Below are positions 28,723-38,423 of a stretch of 64,000 nucleotides of DNA, one piece after another; position 1 is the first letter of the stretch, and each line of letters begins with the position of its first letter. Source of the stretch: an uncultured Planctomycetaceae bacterium. Lineage in GTDB: Bacteria > Planctomycetota > Planctomycetia > Pirellulales > Pirellulaceae. Below the pieces are notes generated by a model. It was not told the DNA's origin. It made no database searches and saw only the letters and a list, made by a program, of their open reading frames with translations. The DNA is taken from positions 334,259 to 398,258 of the forward strand of contig CAVWUB010000004.1 in NCBI GenBank assembly GCA_963758085.1. The letters run 5' to 3'. A program made the position numbers and the translations under genes.

Positions 28723-30119
28723 GTACGACACGATCATCATCGGCGCCGGCATGTCCGGGTTGGCCGCGGGCATCCGCCTGGCATACTACGACCAGCGGGT
28801 CTGCATCCTCGAGCGGCACTACACGATCGGCGGGCTCAACTCGTTCTACCGCCTGCGCGGCCGCGATTACGACGTCGGCCTGCACGCGGTCACGAACTTC
28901 ACGCCCAAGGGGACCGCAGACGGGCCGCTGGCCCGGTTGCTGCGTCAGCTGCGTTTCAACTGGGAAGACTTCGCCCTGGCCGCAGATCGGCTCGTCGATT
29001 CGCTTTCCCGGCGTCAGTCTCGACTTCGGCAACGACATCGAACTGCTGCAAAGCGAGATCGCGCGCGAGTTTCCCGACTGGTCGAGGCAACTTGCGAAAC
29101 TGCTGCGATTCAGCTCGTCGACTACGACGATCTGGCGGGAGATGATCCGAACTTCAACCGCAGCGCCCGCACGGTGCTGGAGCAGTTGATCCCGATCCGC
29201 TGCTCGTCGAAATGCTGCTCTGCCCGCTGATGTGGTACGGCAATGCCCGCGAGGACGACATGGACTGCGGCCAGTTCTGCATCATGTTCCGCAGCATTTA
29301 TCTCGAAGGGTTCGGCCGTCCGTTCACCGGCGTGCGACTGATCCTCAAGACTCTGGTGCGCAAGTTCCGCGGCCTGGGCGGCGAACTGAAACTCCGCAGC
29401 GGTGTGTCGCGGATCCACGTCGAGGACGGCCGCGCCGTCGGCGTGGTGCTCGACGATGGGACGGAGCTCGCCGGCCGCCGCATCCTGTCCTCAGCCGGCA
29501 CGGTCGAAACGCTGCGGATGTGCGACGACATCACCGAAGTCGACGTGGCCAAAGCGGGCCAGCTGAGCTTTATCGAGTCGATCTCGATCCTCGATGTTCA
29601 ACCCAAGGACATCGGATACGACCGCACGATCGTGTTTTACAACGACAGCGAGACCTTCCATTGGCGGCGGCCCGAACAAGGACTGTGCGATATGCGCACC
29701 GGCGTCATCTGCTCGCCGAACAACTATCGTTATGATGCCGCCGACGGAATGCTGCCCGACGGTGTCATCCGGATCACCACGCTGGCCAACTACGACCGCT
29801 GGTGTGCGTTGCCCGAACCGATGTACCGGGCCGAGAAGGTCGCTCGGTACGACCGCGGTCGCACTCGGCGGTGCGGTTCATGCCCGACTTCCGCCGGCAC
29901 GTCATCGACACCGACATGTTCACGCCCACGACGATCCGCCGCTTCACCTGGCACGACAACGGCGCGGTGTACGGCGCGCCGGACAAACGGCTCGACGGCA
30001 CGACGCATCTGAAGAACCTGTTCCTCTGCGGCACCGACCAGGGCTTCGTCGGCATCATCGGCGCCATTATCAGCGGCATCAGCATGGCCAATCGCCACTG
30101 CCTCGTCTCAGCCGACTGA
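28723..30119 (+). pseudogene. FAD-dependent oxidoreductase (phytoene-desaturase/amine-oxidase-like), multiply frameshifted
   Basis: The N-terminus MYDTIIIGAGMSGLAAGIRLA (Rossmann GxGxxG) and C-terminus LFLCGTDQGFVGIIGAIISGISMA (FAD-binding) are in different frames. The body is split over at least 3 frames with at least 5 shifts (ORFs 28688-29230, 29212-30012, 29802-30119). Confidence 0.65.
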
Positions 30120-30261
30120 GCTGCTCGGTCAGATTGCGCGCCCTGAAGCGGATCAAAATCGGCCCGTGGTCATACCCGCATCGCGGGCGACGTCGGGTCC
30201 AGTTGTGGACTAGAATCTTTCGGGGGCCACGACCCTACCCGCTCGCTCGTCCACTCCTTCA

Positions 30262-30930
30262 GTGCAATCCGCAATCATGTGGCAGTCGCTACAACCGCTC
30301 ATCGAATCGTTGTTCGTCGGTCCGGTCTGGCCGGCTTCGGTGCTGTTGTTGTTGGTCTTGGGCTACCTGTTGTTGTCGCTGGGTACATCTTGGGATGTGG
30401 ACGGTCCGGACCTGGAGGTCGATGCCCACGTTTGGCAAAGCCTTGGAACTGCCACGCTGCGCTGGCTGCACTTGGATTCGGTTCCAGTGGTCATCTGGGG
30501 CGGTCTGTTTGCCTGCATCAACTGGTTGCTGGCCTACATCCTGTGGAATGCTTTTGATTCGGCGCGGCACGACCCGACGTGGCTTGTATCAGCGCTGCTG
30601 GCGACGCGCAACGCGGTGATCGCGGCGGTGATCACGAGGTTCGTCACCGCGCCGCTGGCGCCCTACCTGGGCGGCGGAGCGGCCTACGGTGTAGAGACGC
30701 TGATCGGCAGGTCGTGCGTCGTCTCCTCGGGTGAAGCGACGCCGACCTTTGGACAAGCGAAGTACGACACCGGCGGCGCTCCGCTGCTGCTCAACATCCG
30801 CACCGATGGACCTCATCTCGCCAAAGGCACACCGGTCCGCATCGTCTCCTTCGATCCCACCAAACGCATCTACTCTGTCACCCTCGATCTTGATACTGAT
30901 ATCAATACCTTTTCCGGGACCCAAACATGA
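30262..30930 (+). CDS. NfeD/YqiJ-like membrane protein (TM region plus a C-terminal soluble beta domain)
   Basis: Multiple TM helices are followed by a C-terminal ~70-aa soluble domain (GTPVRIVSFDPTKRIYSVTLDLD). It overlaps the flotillin start by 4 nt (ATGA), a pairing typical of nfeD-flotillin (yqiJ-yqiK, yuaF-floT) operons. Confidence 0.55.
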   Translation: MQSAIMWQSLQPLIESLFVGPVWPASVLLLLVLGYLLLSLGTSWDVDGPDLEVDAHVWQSLGTATLRWLHLDSVPVVIWGGLFACINWLLAYILWNAFDSARHDPTWLVSALLATRNAVIAAVITRFVTAPLAPYLGGGAAYGVETLIGRSCVVSSGEATPTFGQAKYDTGGAPLLLNIRTDGPHLAKGTPVRIVSFDPTKRIYSVTLDLDTDINTFSGTQT

Positions 30931-33074
30931 TCATCCATCCGCTGCTTGCTCTTTCTGATGCGGCGATGTACGGCCTGCTGACCGTCGGGCTGCTGGTGTT
31001 CTTCGCGATGTTGGCGGCGTTTTACGTCAGCATCTTTTTCGTCAAAGTTGGACCGGATGAGGCGATCGTCAAGTCGGGAGCGGGCGGGATCAAGGTCGTC
31101 ACCGATGGTGGTTTGCTGCGGATGCCGCTCGTCCAGCACATCGAGTACATGGACCTGACGCTCAAGAGCTTTGAGATCGCGCGTCAAGGCGCTGAAGGCT
31201 TGATCTGCAAGGACAATATTCGCGCCGATATTAAAGTCGCGTTCTTCATCCGTGTCGACAAAACGGCGGAAGAGATCAAGGAAGTCGCTCAGTCGATCGG
31301 CCCGAAGCGGTGCAGTGAGATCGAGACGCTCCGCGAACTGTTTGATGCCAAGTTCAGCGAAGCGCTCAAGACGGTCGGCAAACAGTTCGACTTCGTCGAC
31401 CTGTATGACAAACGCGATAAATTCAAGGACGAAATCCTCAAGGTCATCGGCACCGATCTCAATGGTTACCGACTCGACGATGCCGCGATCGACTACCTCG
31501 AGCAGACGCCGCTGTCGCTGCTCAACCCCAACAACATCCTCGACGCCGAAGGGATCAAAAAGATCACCGAGCTGACGTCGACCGAAAAGATCAAGGAAAA
31601 CCAGTTCACTCGTGACCGCGAAAAGACGCTTAAGAAACAAGACGTCGAAGCGGAAGAAACGATCCTCGAACTCGAGCGGCAACGCGTCCAGGCGGTCGAG
31701 AAGCAACAACGCGAAATCGCAGAACTCCGAGCTCGTGAAAAGGCATCAGCCGATAAGGTCCGCGAACAACAGCGACTAGAATCCGAACGTGTGCGGATTC
31801 AGACCGAGGAAGAAATCGGCATCGCCGAGGAAAACAAGTCCCGGCAAATCCTCGTCGCCCAGCGCAACAAGGAACGCACCGACGGGGTCGAACTGGAACG
31901 CGTCCAGCGTGATCGCGAACTGGAAGCGGTCGAACGCTTGCGGTTGGTCGGCGTCGCCGATGTCGAAAAGCAAAAGGCGATCGAAGTTGAAAACCGCAAC
32001 ATCCAAGAAGTGATTCGCGAGCGAGTGGCGGTCGAGCGGGCTGTGGTGGAAGAGAAAGAGCGAATCAAAGACACCGAAGAAAAGGCCGGGGCCGAACGAC
32101 TCAAGTCGGTCCAGATCACCGCCGCTCAAATGCGTGCCGAAGAAGATCTCATCCGCCAAACCAAAGCCGCTCAGGCCGAAAAAGAAGCTGCTCTAATGTT
32201 GGCCGATAAGATTCGCGTCGAGGCCGAGGCGATGAAGGACGCGGCCGAGCGCGAGACCGCTGCGACTAAGATGCTGGCCGAAGCCGAATCAGCCAAACAG
32301 GCAGCGGTCGGACTGGCCGAAGCGCGGGTTCAGGAAGCCAAAGCCGATTCGCTGCAGAAGGAAGGTATTGCTCAGGCCACCGTGCTGGAACGCAAAGCCG
32401 TTGCGGAAGCTAAGGGTATCGAAGCCAAGGCGGAGGCCCTTCAGAAGCAAGGCTTAGCTGAAGCGGCCGTGGCGCTGGAAAAGTACCACAGCGAAGCGAC
32501 CGGCATCACCGAAAAGGCCGAGGCGATGAAGCAACTCGACAGCGTCGGCAAGGAACACGAAGAGTTCAAGCTGCGACTGGAGAAAGAGCAGAACGTCGAG
32601 ATTGCGGCAATCAATGCCCAGAAGAATATCGCCGAAAGCCAAGCCGGCGTCGTCGGCGAAGCGCTGCGAGCGGCCCGAATCGACATCGTCGGCGGCGATG
32701 GCCAGTTCTTCGAGCAGATCACCTCAGCCGTCAAGGGCGGCAAGGCGATCGACCGCTTCGTCTACAACAGCCGCGTGGCAACTGACATTAAGGATACCTT
32801 CTTTGATGGCAACCCCGGCTACTTCCGCGACAAGCTGCTGACGCTAGTGGCGCAGTTCAACCTCAGCACCGACGATATCAAGGACCTGTCGATTGCGGCC
32901 CTAATCGCGCAGTTGATGGGCGCGGCTAAGAGTGAGGACCTTCGCTCGCAGCTGACCAGTCTGCTCGGCATGGCGGGCTCGGCTGGAATCGCTGACCAAC
33001 GGGTCTCCAAACTGGTGTTGGATGCCCCCAAAGTCACACAGGTAACCAGCGTCAACGGCAATAGCAAGAAATAA
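30927..33074 (+). CDS. Flotillin-family protein (SPFH/band-7 domain plus long Ala/Glu-rich coiled coil), 715 aa
   Basis: An N-terminal TM, then SPFH-like VKVGPDEAIVKSGAGGIKVV...LTLKSFEIARQGAEGLICKDNIRADIKVAFFIRV, then about 450 aa of EA-repeat coiled coil as in FloT/YqiK. Confidence 0.75.
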   Translation: MIIHPLLALSDAAMYGLLTVGLLVFFAMLAAFYVSIFFVKVGPDEAIVKSGAGGIKVVTDGGLLRMPLVQHIEYMDLTLKSFEIARQGAEGLICKDNIRADIKVAFFIRVDKTAEEIKEVAQSIGPKRCSEIETLRELFDAKFSEALKTVGKQFDFVDLYDKRDKFKDEILKVIGTDLNGYRLDDAAIDYLEQTPLSLLNPNNILDAEGIKKITELTSTEKIKENQFTRDREKTLKKQDVEAEETILELERQRVQAVEKQQREIAELRAREKASADKVREQQRLESERVRIQTEEEIGIAEENKSRQILVAQRNKERTDGVELERVQRDRELEAVERLRLVGVADVEKQKAIEVENRNIQEVIRERVAVERAVVEEKERIKDTEEKAGAERLKSVQITAAQMRAEEDLIRQTKAAQAEKEAALMLADKIRVEAEAMKDAAERETAATKMLAEAESAKQAAVGLAEARVQEAKADSLQKEGIAQATVLERKAVAEAKGIEAKAEALQKQGLAEAAVALEKYHSEATGITEKAEAMKQLDSVGKEHEEFKLRLEKEQNVEIAAINAQKNIAESQAGVVGEALRAARIDIVGGDGQFFEQITSAVKGGKAIDRFVYNSRVATDIKDTFFDGNPGYFRDKLLTLVAQFNLSTDDIKDLSIAALIAQLMGAAKSEDLRSQLTSLLGMAGSAGIADQRVSKLVLDAPKVTQVTSVNGNSKK

Positions 33075-33118
33075 ACTGTGATTCGGAATCTGCTCCACCG
33101 CCACTTAGACGTCCGCAC

Positions 33119-36100
33119 ATGACGACCAACGACGACCTCTCCGGCGGTACTTATGAGATCTTGCGCAACCGCCTTCGGGATGGAGCGACCGTGCTGCGCA
33201 ACCGCCTCGGCGGGCTTAACCAGGATCGTGCAGCGGTCTTCGGCAACATCCAAACCACACTGCTTGCCACCGAACGGGTGACGACGGAACACAATTGTGT
33301 ACCGCGAGATCTGGTGGCGGTCGGCGACCGCTTCTTGTTTGGATATAACGTCCAGTTCGGCCTAAAAACGGAGACGCATCTGCAGGACGTTTTCGCCTGC
33401 TATCGATTCGACGGTTTAGAGTTTCATCCTGAACCGCTTGAGAGTTTGCTGCGCGACGAGCGTTTCGCCACCGATTTTTCTGACCTCTACCGCTACTACA
33501 AACACACCGCGTTCACCCGTTTCTTTTCCAACGGTCCATTCGTCTACTTCGTGTTCCAGGTAGGACGCACTGCCGCGGATATCAAAGCGTTCAAGTGGCG
33601 GTCAGCCGGTGGCGAGTTTCAGTACGTCGATAACCGCAGCGAGCACGAGGTTGTCCACCCACCGCAACATGAGTTCGTGTGGAAACGCACCACGCGCGAC
33701 CAACATCACTACGGACGCCATCCGCACATCTCGATCGAAGACCGCATGTTTGTGGAAACCGTCGGCGGTGACTTGACTATCAAAGTTGAGAACAACACCG
33801 AATCCGGTGAAGGGATTTACAGCGAGCCGGTCGATCATGCCGACCAAACACTCGACGACGCCGAAATCTACTACGCATCGCTCGGCAACCTCGTACTGCT
33901 CAAGATCCGCCCGTATCAGGAGCAGCGGTTCCGTTTCCTCGTCTTCAATGCCAAGCTGAACACCGTGATCCGTATGGATGAGATCGAGCATGCATGCGTG
34001 ATGCTGCCCGACGATCAAGGGATCATCTTTCCCGGTGGATACTACTTACAGACGGGAGAGTATAAACGGTTCGATCACGGCCTCAATCAGATGCTCTATG
34101 AGCGAACACTGCCAGCATCCAATGGTGAGGATTTCCTGTATCTGTTCTATCAGCGCGACAGTGGAACTTACATCCAGCTGCGCTACAACCTGATCCGGCA
34201 GAGCGTCGACACGCCGATGATCACCAGCGGCCAGACGTTCTTTGGCGACGGCAAGATGGTCGCCTTCAAAGCGAATGAGCAGCCGCAGAAGCATCACGCC
34301 GTACAGATTTGGCAAACCCCGTTCACCGGTCCCGACTTTGTTCCCGACAGCAATTCCGATTCATTGTTATTCAAGATCGGCAATAAAGAACTCGTGCGCT
34401 GCATGGCTGAGTGCAGTGAGATCTTGCACCTGATCGACAAGGAAGACAACTACGAAGGTTTGTATGTCGATCTTGTCAAACGCAGCGGCGATGTGCTGGA
34501 TAGCTACTTCTGGATCGACAAGTCTGAGACACACAAACTCGATGAGCCGCTGCGCACGATCCGCGAGGCAGCTTCCGCCGCAGTCGAAGAGTATGAGAAG
34601 GTGGTTCGCTTGCGACGCGATACGAGCAGTCGCACCGAAACCGTCAAGCATTCCATCGAAGCGCTGATTAAGCAGCTCGACCTGGGCCGGTTTGAGGCCG
34701 TCGATGATTTTGTCAATGCACTGGCGAAACTGCGCGAGCAGCGCGGAGCTGCAATCGCCCTTCGCGAGCTGCGGTACGTCGATCTGCAAGTGGTCGAATC
34801 GCTCGAAAAGCTGACGGCCGAGCGTTCCGAACGGCTCAGTCGGCGGTGCGTCGATTTCCTTGCCACGCCGCATGCGCTCGATCCCTACCGTCAGCGTGTC
34901 GACAAGGCAGCGACCGCAGTTGCCGGGCTGGAGCGAGTGACGCAGGCGAAAGAGTTGCAAAAAACGATCGATGAAGCGGCAGGGCAACTGGAACTGCTGA
35001 CCGAGACGGTCAGCAACCTGCAGATCGAAGATACAACCAAGCGAACGGAGATCATCGACGGCATCAGCGAGGTTTTTGCCTCGCTCAATCGGGTTCGCAG
35101 CGCTCTGCGCTCGCGGCTATCGGAACTGATGGGCAGCGAGGGAAGAGCCGAGTTTGCATCGCAACTGAAGCTGCTGCAGCAGACCGTCAACGGCTACCTC
35201 GACGTCTGTGACGCGCCCGATAAATGCGACAGCTATCTGACCCGGCTGATGATCCAGTTGGAGGAACTCGAGGGCCGGTTCGCTGAGTACGACGAGTTTG
35301 TCAGCGAGCTGACTCAGCGCCGCGAGGACATCTACACCGCATTTGAGTCGCGCAAGGTTCAGCTCGTCGAGGCGCGCAATCGCCGCGCTGAGACACTCGC
35401 GTCATCGGCCAATCGGATCTTGCAGGGAATCCAGACCAAAGCCTCGTCGTTGAAGGGCGTCGACGAAATCCTCGCCTATTTCGCTTCCGATCTGATGGTC
35501 GACAAGGCGCGAGGCATCATTGAACAACTGCGCAAGCTCGACGATACGGTCCGCGCGGAAGAGATCGAAAGCCGGCTCAAAACGGTTCGCGAAGACACTG
35601 TCCGGCAGCTCAAGGATCGCCAGGAGCTGTTCGAGGACGGCGGCGACACAATCCGTCTGGGACGTCACCGGTTTGGGGTCAACACGCAGCCGATCGATCT
35701 GACGAGTGTTGTCCGGGATGGCGTGTTGAGTCTGCACGTGACGGGCACGCAGTTCTTTGAGCCGCTGGACGATCCCGACCTGCTCGCCGCTCAAGATTTA
35801 TGGAATCAGGAGCTGATCAGCGAGAATGCAGAGGTTTATCGCGGCGAGTTCCTGGCGACCGATCTGTTTGAAACCTGGAAACGGTCCGCCGATCATCCCG
35901 GCGCGGCCATCCCCACGCTCGCTTGGGTCCAGCAACAGATCGCGGGTCGATTTTCTGAGGGCTTTGCCAAGGGCGTGCATGACCACGACGCGGCGCTGAT
36001 CCTCGAAGCGCTGGTGCGTCTGGATCAGCAAATCGGCTTGCTCCGGCACCGCCCCAGCGCCCGTGCTGCGGCGACGCTCTGGTGGCAGCGTTTGATCTCG

Positions 36101-38377
36101 AAGGCGAATCGCAATGCTCTGACCAGCTGGATCGGCGGCTTCGCGCATCTGGCCAGAGCCTTCCCCGGCGCCCGCCCGGCCGCTGAGTTTCGCCAGCGGA
36201 TCGTCGACTTGGTAGGTGACCCTCAGCAGGATCATGGCAGCTCGCTGGCCGAGATTTTTCCGGACGTCACGGCAACCATGGTCGCCGATTATTTATTTGA
36301 TGTGCTGACCGCGGCGGCGGCGACGCCTGTCTTTAGCTCCACCGCGGCGCGGTGGTATGAGTCATTTTGCGAGTCGATGCCACAGGAGGACCGCAAGGCG
36401 TGGGTCACGGACGTGCTCGGCGCCAACAACGCTCGCCCGCTGGAGTCGTTCGTGCTGGCCCGCAACTGGGCCGATGCATTCTTGACCAGCCAGGCGCCTG
36501 CCGCCGACGTCATCGACCCGCCGTTGGATTATCGCGACGAATTGGCGCTGTTGATTCAGCAGGATGGGGTGGGCAATTCGCAAATAGTGACCGCACACGT
36601 TGCCCAGCAGGTCGAGGGACTGGTAGGCGATCATCGCCGCATTGCCGGCGGTAAGCTGGTGGTCCATTATCACGAGCTGCTGGAGCGATTGCGCCGGTAT
36701 CACGCTCGGGTCGTGCCGCGGTTCAAACGCTTGGGCACCGCGAAGCATCAGGTATTAGAACGCTCACGTGCGGAACTGCGATTGGATGAGTTCCGCCCCA
36801 AGGTGCTGACCAGCTTTGTCCGCAACCGGCTGATCGACGAGGTTTACTTGCCGATGATCGGCGACAACCTCGCCAAGCAACTCGGAGCGGCCGGTGAAAA
36901 CAAACGCACCGATCGCTCGGGCATGTTGCTGTTGATCAGCCCGCCGGGCTATGGCAAAACGACGCTGATGGAATACGTTGCCAATCGGCTGGGCGTCGTA
37001 TTCATGAAAATCAACGGCCCGACCATCGGCCATGGAGTCACGTCGCTCGATCCCGATGAAGCGCCCAACGCGGCGGCGCGGGAAGAGGTGGCGCGAATCA
37101 ACTTAGCCCTGGAAATGGGCGACAATGTGATGCTGTACCTCGACGACATCCAGCACACACACCCGGAGTTGCTGCAAAAGTTCATTTCGCTCTGCGACAG
37201 CACCCGCCGGATCGAAGGTGTGCGAAACGGACGCACCAAAACTTATGATCTGCGAGGCCGTCGGTTTGCCGTCGTCATGGCTGGAAATCCTTATACCGAA
37301 AGCGGCGAGCGATTTCAGATCCCCGACATGCTTGCCAACCGTGCCGACGTTTATAACCTCGGCGAAATCATCGGCGATGCCTCCGACGCATTCGAGATGA
37401 GCTACTTGGAAAATTGTTTGACCAGCAATGAGCATTTGGCGCCACTGGCGGCCGGCAATCCCGAAGACGCACGGCAACTGATCCGCGCCGCTGGGCGTGA
37501 CTCGATTGAGGGTGCCGAGCTGAAGGGGAATTACTCGGCGGACCAAGTGCGGTCGATGTTCGAGGTGCTGCGAAAACTTATCCGCGTGCGCGATGTCGTG
37601 CTCAAGGTCAACCGCGCCTATATCCGGTCCGCTGCGCAGGCGGATGCGTATCGCACCGAGCCGCCGTTCAAGCTGCAGGGCAGCTACCGCAACATGAACC
37701 GGATGGCGCAGAAGGTCGCACCGGTCATGAATGATGCGGAATTAGCAACACTCATCTATGCGAGCTACGAGCAGGATGCACAGACACTCACCACGGACAA
37801 CGAAGCCAATCTACTGAAGCTCAAAGAACTGCTCGGGACGCTCACGGTTCAGGAGCAGGAACGCTGGGATGCGATCAAGTACGCGTTTGTTGAAAACGTG
37901 CGAATGTCGGGAATCAGCACGGAAGACCAAGCCGGCCAAGTGCTGCGTCAACTCGCGTCGATGCGCGATGGGCTGGAGTCGATCCGTCAGGTGATTGCGC
38001 GAGCGGTTACCATTCACGGCGAAGGCGCCGAGCAGCGGATGGACGAGCGGTTCGATGCGCTGCGCAGCGGACTGGTCACCGCCACCGATCAGCTCGCCGT
38101 CGTGCTGCAGTCGACCGCCGGGCAGTTGCAGAAGATCAGCGAGTTCCAAGCCGCGAACCCACCGGAGCAGAATGTCACGGTCCAGCACAAGGTCCCACGG
38201 GTGATGCTCGATTTGATCCGTGGCCAGTTCCATCTGATGCAAGAATGGCTGCGCCCGATCCTCGAAGGCTCGACGGTGCAGGGGCGTGAACTGGAAAGCC
38301 TGCGCGTCCGCATCGACAGCATGCTCGATACCTACGTGCGGCTGCAATCAGAACTCGAATCGGCCGTCGACAAATAG
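33119..38377 (+). CDS. Giant (1752 aa) uncharacterised protein with a C-proximal AAA+ ATPase module
   Basis: A single uninterrupted ORF. Walker A LLISPPGYGKTTLMEY (about aa 1275), Walker B VMLYLDDIQH (about aa 1340) and a sensor/arginine region VVMAGNPYTESGERFQIPDMLANRADVY (about aa 1390). The N-terminal ~1200 aa have no motif I recognise, and the central region is coiled-coil-like. It is spaced 45 nt from flotillin on the same strand. Confidence 0.6.
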   Translation: MTTNDDLSGGTYEILRNRLRDGATVLRNRLGGLNQDRAAVFGNIQTTLLATERVTTEHNCVPRDLVAVGDRFLFGYNVQFGLKTETHLQDVFACYRFDGLEFHPEPLESLLRDERFATDFSDLYRYYKHTAFTRFFSNGPFVYFVFQVGRTAADIKAFKWRSAGGEFQYVDNRSEHEVVHPPQHEFVWKRTTRDQHHYGRHPHISIEDRMFVETVGGDLTIKVENNTESGEGIYSEPVDHADQTLDDAEIYYASLGNLVLLKIRPYQEQRFRFLVFNAKLNTVIRMDEIEHACVMLPDDQGIIFPGGYYLQTGEYKRFDHGLNQMLYERTLPASNGEDFLYLFYQRDSGTYIQLRYNLIRQSVDTPMITSGQTFFGDGKMVAFKANEQPQKHHAVQIWQTPFTGPDFVPDSNSDSLLFKIGNKELVRCMAECSEILHLIDKEDNYEGLYVDLVKRSGDVLDSYFWIDKSETHKLDEPLRTIREAASAAVEEYEKVVRLRRDTSSRTETVKHSIEALIKQLDLGRFEAVDDFVNALAKLREQRGAAIALRELRYVDLQVVESLEKLTAERSERLSRRCVDFLATPHALDPYRQRVDKAATAVAGLERVTQAKELQKTIDEAAGQLELLTETVSNLQIEDTTKRTEIIDGISEVFASLNRVRSALRSRLSELMGSEGRAEFASQLKLLQQTVNGYLDVCDAPDKCDSYLTRLMIQLEELEGRFAEYDEFVSELTQRREDIYTAFESRKVQLVEARNRRAETLASSANRILQGIQTKASSLKGVDEILAYFASDLMVDKARGIIEQLRKLDDTVRAEEIESRLKTVREDTVRQLKDRQELFEDGGDTIRLGRHRFGVNTQPIDLTSVVRDGVLSLHVTGTQFFEPLDDPDLLAAQDLWNQELISENAEVYRGEFLATDLFETWKRSADHPGAAIPTLAWVQQQIAGRFSEGFAKGVHDHDAALILEALVRLDQQIGLLRHRPSARAAATLWWQRLISKANRNALTSWIGGFAHLARAFPGARPAAEFRQRIVDLVGDPQQDHGSSLAEIFPDVTATMVADYLFDVLTAAAATPVFSSTAARWYESFCESMPQEDRKAWVTDVLGANNARPLESFVLARNWADAFLTSQAPAADVIDPPLDYRDELALLIQQDGVGNSQIVTAHVAQQVEGLVGDHRRIAGGKLVVHYHELLERLRRYHARVVPRFKRLGTAKHQVLERSRAELRLDEFRPKVLTSFVRNRLIDEVYLPMIGDNLAKQLGAAGENKRTDRSGMLLLISPPGYGKTTLMEYVANRLGVVFMKINGPTIGHGVTSLDPDEAPNAAAREEVARINLALEMGDNVMLYLDDIQHTHPELLQKFISLCDSTRRIEGVRNGRTKTYDLRGRRFAVVMAGNPYTESGERFQIPDMLANRADVYNLGEIIGDASDAFEMSYLENCLTSNEHLAPLAAGNPEDARQLIRAAGRDSIEGAELKGNYSADQVRSMFEVLRKLIRVRDVVLKVNRAYIRSAAQADAYRTEPPFKLQGSYRNMNRMAQKVAPVMNDAELATLIYASYEQDAQTLTTDNEANLLKLKELLGTLTVQEQERWDAIKYAFVENVRMSGISTEDQAGQVLRQLASMRDGLESIRQVIARAVTIHGEGAEQRMDERFDALRSGLVTATDQLAVVLQSTAGQLQKISEFQAANPPEQNVTVQHKVPRVMLDLIRGQFHLMQEWLRPILEGSTVQGRELESLRVRIDSMLDTYVRLQSELESAVDK

Positions 38378-38423
38378 CAGTCGTTTAACCGTGCTCGCTG
38401 AAAACGATTTGCCGGGTGCGGGA

